Shown here piece by piece: positions 19,590-26,861 of a DNA stretch of 34,973 nucleotides. The notes below the pieces were generated by a model. The model was not told the DNA's origin. It ran no database searches and saw nothing but the letters and a program-made list of their open reading frames with translations. The position numbers and the translations under genes are program-made. How positions within the stretch are numbered: the stretch's first letter is position 1; each line of letters begins with the position of its first letter. Source of the DNA: Sphingobacteriales bacterium (GTDB taxonomy: Bacteria > Bacteroidota > Bacteroidia > Chitinophagales > JAYVJZ01); NCBI GenBank assembly GCA_043768865.1, contig JAYVJZ010000156.1:1-34973 (forward strand), in the 5' to 3' direction.

Positions 19590-21734
19590 CTATTTAATCT
19601 CACTACCCGCTTCCACCGCTTCCGCAGGTTGCACAAACACTAGTTTGCCAGATGCGTCGCTCGCCATCAATATCATGCCTTGACTTTCAATGCCTTTGAG
19701 TAGGCGAGGAGCAAGATTAGCAAGCAACGTAACACGCTGCCCTGCTAGGTTTTCTGCGTCATAATGCGCTGCTATACCCGACACCACAGTTCGTTTTTCA
19801 TATCCAATATCTATTGTTAATTGGAGTAGTTTGTCCGCCTTTGGGACTTTTGTTGCGTGCACAATAGTACCTGCTACAAGTTGCATTTTAGCAAAATCAT
19901 CGAACTGTATCTCGGGTTTCAAAGGCACTGCTACAGCTATCGGTTCAACTGTTGCATCTCCTTGCGTTTCAGTGGTTTTGTTAATATGCAGTTTATCCAA
20001 TTGTTTTTTTATTTGTTCATCTTCTATTTTTTCAAATAATAAACTAGCCTGGTTTATAGTATGCCCCGCGGGCAGCAACACCCCTGCGGTACTGTGTTCC
20101 CAGCCCCACTTCGCCGAGCCAACATTAAGCAACAAGCGTAACTTCTTAGCCGTAAATGGCAAAAAAGGCTCACACAATATCGACAATGCAGCGCACAGTT
20201 GAATACTATCAAAAAGACATACCTTAGTAGCCTCTGGGTCTGTTTTTATAAGATTCCAAGGGGCTTTGTCAGCCAATAGCTTATTGCCGTGCCGGGCCAG
20301 GTTCATTAGTTCAACTTGTGCCTCTCTAAATTTATACGCCCCCAAGCAGCTTTCTATTTTGTTTTTATGTTGCACAATCACAGCCGCCAAATCACTACAA
20401 GGACTCACGTCGGGCACACTGCCATTATAAAATTTATGCAACAGCACCACCACCCGATTCACCAAGTTGCCAAATATACCCACTAGCTCACTGTTGTTTT
20501 TTAATTGAAAATCCAACCACGTGAATTCACTATCCTTCGTCTCGGGCAGTATAGACGTAAGCGTATAACGCAGCACGTCAGCCTTGTCAGCAAAGGCCTC
20601 TAGGTACTCATGCATCTCAATACTCCACTTGCGAGAAGTACTCATTTTGTCGCCCTCGAGGTTCAAAAACTCGTTCGCCGGCACGTTATCAGGCACAATA
20701 TAACTCCCCTGTGCATGTAGCATTATCGGAAATATTATACAATGAAAAACGATATTGTCCTTACCCACAAAATGCAATAGCTGCGTACCCTCGTCTTTCC
20801 AGTACAACTGCCAATCGGTATGCAACCTATCCGCACTCTCGGCAGTGGGGTCGCTCGCTAGCCCCAACACCGTAGGCGTGAACTCATAACCACCCGGTGC
20901 AGCAAAGTACTGCTTCGTAGCCGATATATACCCAATCGGTGCATCAAACCAAACGTACAATACCTTATCCAAATGACTCGTGTCGCCATCTTTGAGCTGC
21001 GGCACCGGCACACCCCACGCCCCGTCGCGAGTCATCGAACGAGGCTGCAACCCGCCATCAATCCAGCTTTTGCTTTGCCCATAGGCATTGCTCTTCCAAT
21101 AGGTTTTTTCTCCCAGCAGCCACTCTCGCAACCACGGCTCATATTCATTGAGTTTCAAAAACCAATGTTTAGTAGGTTTACGAATCGGCACACTATCGCT
21201 TAACGTAGATTTAGGATGTATCAATTCATCAGGACTCAACGACTTGCCACACTTCTCACATTGATCGCCATACGCCTTCTCATAACCACAATTAGGACAC
21301 TGCCCCGTGATGTATCTATCCGCCAAAAACACCTGCATCTGCTCGTCATAATATTGCTCACTCACCCGCTCCTCAAACAAACCTTTGGAATAAAAATCCA
21401 AAAAAAACTCCTGAGCAGTTTCAAAATGCAAAGGCTCACTCGTACGATGATACATATCAAAAGCGATACCCAAATCCGCAAAACAACGCATCAAAAGTGG
21501 ATGATACGTATCGATAATCGCCCGAGGCGTCGTCCCCTCAGCCAATGCCTGCAACGTGATAGCCGAACCCAACTCATCGCTCCCACACACGTACAACACC
21601 GTCTCGCCCTTCATTCGCTTGTACCTCGCAAAAATATCAGCCGGTAGATACGCCCCCGCCAAATGCCCAATATGTTTTGGGCCATTCGCATAAGGCAATG
21701 CAGCCGTTACTAACGTTCGTTTAAATTCATTCAT
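19590..21734 (-). CDS. metG: Methionine--tRNA ligase with C-terminal tRNA-binding domain
   Basis: ALPYANGPKHIGH, CPNC...CEKC zinc knuckle, YVWFDAPIGY, GKDNIVFH, KMSTS, and OB-fold tail (ADKLL...ESQGMIL). Confidence 0.98.
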   Translation of the reverse strand: MNEFKRTLVTAALPYANGPKHIGHLAGAYLPADIFARYKRMKGETVLYVCGSDELGSAITLQALAEGTTPRAIIDTYHPLLMRCFADLGIAFDMYHRTSEPLHFETAQEFFLDFYSKGLFEERVSEQYYDEQMQVFLADRYITGQCPNCGYEKAYGDQCEKCGKSLSPDELIHPKSTLSDSVPIRKPTKHWFLKLNEYEPWLREWLLGEKTYWKSNAYGQSKSWIDGGLQPRSMTRDGAWGVPVPQLKDGDTSHLDKVLYVWFDAPIGYISATKQYFAAPGGYEFTPTVLGLASDPTAESADRLHTDWQLYWKDEGTQLLHFVGKDNIVFHCIIFPIMLHAQGSYIVPDNVPANEFLNLEGDKMSTSRKWSIEMHEYLEAFADKADVLRYTLTSILPETKDSEFTWLDFQLKNNSELVGIFGNLVNRVVVLLHKFYNGSVPDVSPCSDLAAVIVQHKNKIESCLGAYKFREAQVELMNLARHGNKLLADKAPWNLIKTDPEATKVCLFDSIQLCAALSILCEPFLPFTAKKLRLLLNVGSAKWGWEHSTAGVLLPAGHTINQASLLFEKIEDEQIKKQLDKLHINKTTETQGDATVEPIAVAVPLKPEIQFDDFAKMQLVAGTIVHATKVPKADKLLQLTIDIGYEKRTVVSGIAAHYDAENLAGQRVTLLANLAPRLLKGIESQGMILMASDASGKLVFVQPAEAVEAGSEIK

Positions 21735-21766
21735 AAGTGCAATTTTATTAAATCAAAGAGTAACCA

Positions 21767-21774
21767 CAAAAGTA
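21767..21774 (-). promoter_or_regulatory. -7 element for metG
   Basis: CAAAAGTA on + equals TACTTTTG on -, 32 nt upstream of the ATG. Confidence 0.6.
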
Positions 21775-21834
21775 AGTCAGGTTAAGGGTTCTAGCGTATG
21801 CTTTCATCAAATAAATAATTCGATTACACGTTTT

Positions 21835-22020
21835 GGGCGTGCCCTCGCCCACGAGCATAGTGCCAAATCAACTACATCAGTAGGGGCTCGGTCGGGGCTC
21901 CGTTCCCGCTCTTTTTGTTGTTAGTAGCCACCCCACTTTTTTTGTAAAATTAGCACTCCGCCCAACTAGCACCGAGCCCCCAACCAAAACAAAAAGGAGC
22001 TACACTCAGCCCCTCACGCA
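21835..22020 (-). ncRNA. Structured non-coding element, copy 1 (Flavo-1-like)
   Basis: The - strand reads TGCGTGAGGGGCTGAGTGTAGCTCCTTTTTGTT...AACAAAAAGAGCGGGAACGGAGCCCCGACCGAGCCC...GGGCGAGGGCACGCCC. It has nested helices, a tandem GA internal loop and homology to 26605-26738. The family name is recalled, not searched. Confidence 0.7.
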
Positions 22021-22576
22021 CCCTACGGGCGGCGGTTGCTTACGCCAACTAGAGGGCTGCCAAGCGTTGCACCAGCTCGTAGCAACTCTACTACTTGCCC
22101 AAGCAGCATCGCTACCCCCCAACCAAAACAAAAAAGGGCAACGTTTTCGCCCCCACGCTATTCTGCGGACAGTTGAGCAAACGCCAAGCAAGTACCAAAC
22201 ATTCAATCAAATAAATGAGGCACTTATCTGTACCATAATTAACCAAAAAATAACCCCTCAATTAGGCAGTACTATTTGAAAATAATCAGCATCTAAACCA
22301 AACCACAACAAGCAGATAGCTCACTAGGTAGCACTTTTTGGTATTAGCGGCTAGCGGGTAGTCGTTATTCAATAAAAAACAACAAGAGGCAGCTTGACTA
22401 GCAATAAAATCAGTGGTACACACCAAACTATAACATTACAAATAAGAAAAGTGTAAGAAAAGCAGGAAAATAGTATAAGAAAAAGCACAAGAAAAACTGC
22501 AGTAAATTAAAAAAAAGCAAAAAGAATGTAAAAAAAAAGGGTAAAAAAAATAAAAATAATAAAAAAATAACTACAC

Positions 22577-23338
22577 TCACTCTATTTTGTACCCAATGCC
22601 AGTAGCCGTTTTTATAAGTTTTTCGCCAATTTTTTCGCGCAATCTTCTTATGTGTACATCGATAGTACGGTCGCCTACAAGCACCTCTTTGCCCCACACT
22701 CTCTCTAGTATCTGCTCCCTTCTGAACACCTTGCCCGGGCTGCTCAAAAGCAAGTGTAAAAGTTCAAACTCCTTGCGAGGCAAGTCTAACGTTACGTTAC
22801 CCTTTTTGGCAACATACATTTCCTTATCAATAGTGATGTCTTTATAGGACAACTCCGTGTTTGCAATGCCCGTGTTTTGTTTTTTGTTTTTACGCAACAG
22901 CCCCTCTATTCTACTGAGTAGCACATTCGGTTTAATAGGTTTTGATATAAAATCATCAGCCCCGCTTTCGATAGCCTCAATTTCTATTTTTTCGTTGCTT
23001 ATAGCCGTTAGCATCACTACCACTATATCCTTCATCAAAGGATTTTGTTTAATTTTTTTTAACACATCTAACCCATTTACCTCAGGCATCATAATGTCCA
23101 ACAACACTAAATCGGGCATTTTATTACTAATCAATTGATACGCCTCTTCACCGTTTTTCGCTTTCAGCACAAAAAAATTATTGCGAGCGAGATAATATTC
23201 AAGTATCTCCAATATATCGGGTTCGTCATCAGCTATCAATATACTTGCTTTGAATTCGTTATTAAAACCCGCTTGAGCAGCAGTTTTTATTGTATTGTCA
23301 TGCAACGGCTTGGTATCTTCTTTTAAATATTTTTTCAT
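22577..23338 (-). CDS. OmpR/PhoB-family response regulator (PhoP/PhoB-like)
   Basis: IADDE, DLVLLDIMMP, LTA, GADDFISKP, and winged helix LPRKEFELL...PGKVFRREQIL...RTIDVHIRRLREKIG. The ATG at 23338 is preferred over 23386 because a -7-like CATCTTTG lies at 23357-23350. Confidence 0.92.
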   Translation of the reverse strand: MKKYLKEDTKPLHDNTIKTAAQAGFNNEFKASILIADDEPDILEILEYYLARNNFFVLKAKNGEEAYQLISNKMPDLVLLDIMMPEVNGLDVLKKIKQNPLMKDIVVVMLTAISNEKIEIEAIESGADDFISKPIKPNVLLSRIEGLLRKNKKQNTGIANTELSYKDITIDKEMYVAKKGNVTLDLPRKEFELLHLLLSSPGKVFRREQILERVWGKEVLVGDRTIDVHIRRLREKIGEKLIKTATGIGYKIE

Positions 23339-23349
23339 ATATTTTTTTA

Positions 23350-23485
23350 CAAAGATGAGGCAATTTAGTAACCTTACTATTACCATAAAGTTACTATTTA
23401 ATCAAAAACAATAGTTTTATTAACAGTATGTTCACGGATTGGTAACACTAATGAAATATTAAAAAAAGCGTATTTTATAATTTCG
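23350..23485. promoter_or_regulatory. Divergent promoter region with two arrays of 11-bp-phased direct repeats (Pho-box-like)
   Basis: On +: TTAACA 23420, TTCACG 23431, GTAACA 23442, GAAATA 23453, then TAATTTCG 23478-23485. On -: GTAACT 23394, GTAATA 23383, GTTACT 23372, then CATCTTTG 23357-23350. Confidence 0.65.
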
Positions 23486-23515
23486 CACTACATTATTTTA
23501 CAAAAATACCAAATC

Positions 23516-26314
23516 ATGAATGTAAAAAATACCCTATCGACAATTTTTTTCTTATTGTATTTTACAGGGATTGTTCACGCCCAAAAAGGCGTTATAAGAG
23601 GTGTAGTACGTGATGCCAAAACCGGCGAAACCTTAATAGGAGCTAATGTTGTGTTAGAATCTAACCCGCTGATAGGGTCGCAAACCGACTTAGACGGACG
23701 GTTTGAAATAACTGATTTAGATTTAAAAACACACACCCTTTTGGTAAGTTATATATCCTATCAAACCAAAAAAGTAACCGACGTTGAAGCTAAAAAAAGT
23801 AACTTAGAAGACCTCACAATCACGCTAAATTTAGCCACCAAAGACATAGTGGCGGTCGTTATAACTGCCACTGCTAGAAAAGAAAACATCAACGCTTTAT
23901 TAACAATACAAAAAAATAGCCTAACCATATCAGATGGCATAGCGCAAGAAACCTTAAAAAAAACAGGAGATAGAAACACTGCCGACGCACTTAGAAGGGT
24001 CAGCGGTATCAGCATACAAGACAATCGATTTGTAGTTATAAGAGGCTTAGGCGATCGGTATAATTATGCTATGTTGAACGGTATGACTCTGCCCTCATCT
24101 GAGGCTGACAGACGCTCGTTTTCATTCGATATGATACCTAGCAATCTTATAGACAACATTATAATAAACAAAGCGGCAACACCCGATATGCCTGCTGAAT
24201 TTTCAGGGGGTATCATACGAGTGAATACTAAAGATATACCCGATGAGCTCGTGCTAAACGTAGCAATCGGTACTGGTTACAACAGTTTAGCCTCCCTACA
24301 ACCGTTCAATAAACAAATCGAAAGCAAGACCGATTGGCTTGGCTACGACGCAGGCTTGCGGGCACTCTCTAACAATATTTTACCAACGAATGAGTATCTT
24401 AAATTAAACAAAAAAGACCGAATCGCTCAAAGTAAACTATTTGCTGATGATTGGCAATACAACCAAACGGAGGCACCCCTTAACAATAGCTTTCAAGTAT
24501 CGGTGGGCGGTAGTTTTAAGATTAAAAAAATGAAATGGGGGCACATAGCAGCACTGACCCACAATAAGAATTTTAGAAAATACACTATTAACCGCAATCA
24601 ATTTGAATTAGACGATGTGCAGTTGTTTAAGTTCTCGGATCAACAATCAAAACAATCGATACTCTCTGGGGCGATGTACAATACCTCCTTGCAGATAAAT
24701 GCATTTCACAAGATTACCTTGCGCAATATGTTAAACATAAACAGCGAAAGCTCAGTGTTAGAACGTGGCGGGGAGCATTTTGATAACGAACAATTGTTTG
24801 ATGCTACTTCGCAAGTATATACGAGCAACAGGTTAGCTTCTTCGCAACTCTCTGGCGATCATTATTTCGAGAAATCAAAAATAAAAGTAAATTGGAATGC
24901 CTCGCTCAATGACATAAAAAGAGACGTGCCTAATCAACGCACGCTCACATATATTATCAACACTAACGATGCCGAAGATACTATCTTCACGGCACTTGTG
25001 CCACTCGGTAGTGCGTCGCCGCAGTTCACGGGCAAGTTTTTCTCTGAGCTGACACAACTCGACCAAAATATCATGTTAGATGTGAGCAGAAAATTTACGT
25101 ACAACAAAATTATACTAGATACAAAAGTGGGAGGGTTCTATTTCAATAAAGACCGCAACTTCACGTCACGTATATTTGGCCCCGTGTTTAACATGAATAG
25201 CAATGGTAGCTTCTCTTACAACATAGCTGATTTGCCAAGCGATAAAATATTCAGGCCCGACAACTTCAAAGTAGGAGGGTTGACGTATGATGAGATCACG
25301 CTGCCGCAAGATCAATACCAAGCTCAGTCTATAACGGCGGGTGGTTATGCTATGTTCGATTTGTTGCTTTTTAAAAAATTAAAAGTTATATCAGGGGTGC
25401 GTTATGAGCTATTTGAACAAAATTTACAGACACGTATGTCAGTTGAAGATGTTGTGATTAATAAAAAATTTGTATCGCTTTTGCCTTCTTTGAATCTCAC
25501 GTATTTGTACAACGACAAGGTTAATCTTCGTTTTGCGTATTCGCAAACAGTATCGCGTCCTGAGTTTAGAGAGTTGGCTCCGTTTGGATTTTATGATTTC
25601 GCCAATGCAACAGTAATCATTGGGTCGGAGTCGTTGGTGCCGGGCGATATTCATAATTTAGACTTGCGTTTTGAACGCTACCAAGGAGATGGTCAAATGT
25701 TGTCTTTTTCATTGTTTTATAAATATTTTAATAACCCAATAGAGCAAGTTTTTTTTAGTTTGGGAGCGGGCTCACAGACACGTTCGTTCAACAATGCTGA
25801 CAAGGCATTGAACTATGGTGCGGAAGTAGAACTGCGGCAACGATTTAGCCAACATAAAGAGCGTAAAATATTGCATAACACGTCCCTTTCGCTCAATGCT
25901 GCGTATATATTTTCTAAAGTTGCATTTTCAACCGTTGCTGCCGCTACTGCGGTGCGTCCGTTGCAGAGTCAATCGCCTTATTTGGTTAATGCAATGCTTG
26001 ATTATACTTCTGCGAATAGGAGCATCAGCACGGCAGTTATGTTCAATCTTATTGGCAATCGATTGATAGATGTTGGCAATTATTCGTTTCCTGATATTTA
26101 TGAATACAAACGCCCTGTTTTGGATTTGATGTTCACGAAGAGAATATTCAAAGGCTGCACTATTCGATTGATAGCGAGCGATGTGCTTGCTAAAGATATA
26201 ATTATGTTTCAGGATTTTGATAAAAATAAATTGTTCTCAGAGGTGAAGGATAATGTTATTTCGCGCTACAATATAGGCCGCACTTACACTACGACATTGG
26301 CGTATAATTTTTAA
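23516..26314 (+). CDS. TonB-dependent outer membrane receptor
   Basis: Signal peptide (VHA/Q), CarboxypepD_reg N-domain, plug (ADALRRVSGIS...VIRGLGDRY...FSFDMIP...SGG.I), SRPEFRELAPF barrel motif, terminal LAYNF. Confidence 0.95.
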   Translation: MNVKNTLSTIFFLLYFTGIVHAQKGVIRGVVRDAKTGETLIGANVVLESNPLIGSQTDLDGRFEITDLDLKTHTLLVSYISYQTKKVTDVEAKKSNLEDLTITLNLATKDIVAVVITATARKENINALLTIQKNSLTISDGIAQETLKKTGDRNTADALRRVSGISIQDNRFVVIRGLGDRYNYAMLNGMTLPSSEADRRSFSFDMIPSNLIDNIIINKAATPDMPAEFSGGIIRVNTKDIPDELVLNVAIGTGYNSLASLQPFNKQIESKTDWLGYDAGLRALSNNILPTNEYLKLNKKDRIAQSKLFADDWQYNQTEAPLNNSFQVSVGGSFKIKKMKWGHIAALTHNKNFRKYTINRNQFELDDVQLFKFSDQQSKQSILSGAMYNTSLQINAFHKITLRNMLNINSESSVLERGGEHFDNEQLFDATSQVYTSNRLASSQLSGDHYFEKSKIKVNWNASLNDIKRDVPNQRTLTYIINTNDAEDTIFTALVPLGSASPQFTGKFFSELTQLDQNIMLDVSRKFTYNKIILDTKVGGFYFNKDRNFTSRIFGPVFNMNSNGSFSYNIADLPSDKIFRPDNFKVGGLTYDEITLPQDQYQAQSITAGGYAMFDLLLFKKLKVISGVRYELFEQNLQTRMSVEDVVINKKFVSLLPSLNLTYLYNDKVNLRFAYSQTVSRPEFRELAPFGFYDFANATVIIGSESLVPGDIHNLDLRFERYQGDGQMLSFSLFYKYFNNPIEQVFFSLGAGSQTRSFNNADKALNYGAEVELRQRFSQHKERKILHNTSLSLNAAYIFSKVAFSTVAAATAVRPLQSQSPYLVNAMLDYTSANRSISTAVMFNLIGNRLIDVGNYSFPDIYEYKRPVLDLMFTKRIFKGCTIRLIASDVLAKDIIMFQDFDKNKLFSEVKDNVISRYNIGRTYTTTLAYNF

Positions 26315-26604
26315 ACCGCTAGTTAATCTGTGCCGCCTTGCTACTCATCATTTTTATTTTGTTGATGGCACGTCAGTGTCTGATGTTTGACTTGATGCCT
26401 GCCGTGGGTATTTTTTTTGGTGTCAATAGAATTGTGCTGCTGTGAAGTGGGTGGGATATTGTTGCAAGCGTGTAGGCTTGTGTTTACGCTGCGTTTCATA
26501 TAAATGCCTATGTTGTAGTTGTTTATTTTTTTAGTTGAAGATTACGCATTTCGATTTATTTTTTTGGGTATTGTTAATTGCGAAGTGGGTTGTGGTGCGC
26601 AAGC

Positions 26605-26738
26605 TGCGAGAGGGCGAAGGCGTAGCTCCTTTTATTGTGGCGGTATTTTCCGCCAAAATAAAAGAGCGGGAGCCGAAAGACCGACCTCGCCTACGTTTGG
26701 CATTGGTGGTGATGAATGTTGCTTGCGAGGGCTCGCCC
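26605..26738 (+). ncRNA. Structured non-coding element, copy 2 (Flavo-1-like)
   Basis: TGCGAGAGGGCGAAGGCGTAGCTCCTTTTATTGTGGCGG-TATTTT-CCGCCAAAATAAAAGAGCGGGAGCCGAAAGACCGACCTCGC...GCGAGGGCTCGCCC; same blocks as copy 1, with compensatory changes. Confidence 0.7.
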
Positions 26739-26769
26739 TGAGGTGTATTTTTTTTTACTGTCTCGGGTT

Positions 26770-26836
26770 GTAACATAAACTTCATACTTTATTAGCACTG
26801 TATCAACAATTGAGTTCTAATTAATATCAACCTTTG
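26770..26836 (+). promoter_or_regulatory. Third 11-bp-phased repeat array plus -7-like element
   Basis: GTAACA 26770, TTCATA 26781, TTAGCA 26792, TCAACA 26803, then AACCTTTG 26829-26836. Confidence 0.6.
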
Positions 26837-26861
26837 CGGTATAAATTTAAACAAATAAACC

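Noticed and set aside
22006-22279. ORFs 22006-22206 (-) and 22067-22279 (+)
   Set aside because: They lie in compositionally skewed DNA beside or overlapping the structured element and do not look protein-like.
22440-22570. CRISPR or true tandem repeat in the A-rich tract
   Set aside because: The units are short and degenerate with no spacers, and there are no cas genes.
21835-26738. Composite transposon bounded by the two inverted elements
   Set aside because: No transposase or target-site duplication was seen, and the copies are too diverged to be IS ends.
26519-26785. Three ORFs over element copy 2
   Set aside because: Better explained by the GC-rich structured element, whose conservation is in base pairing rather than codons.
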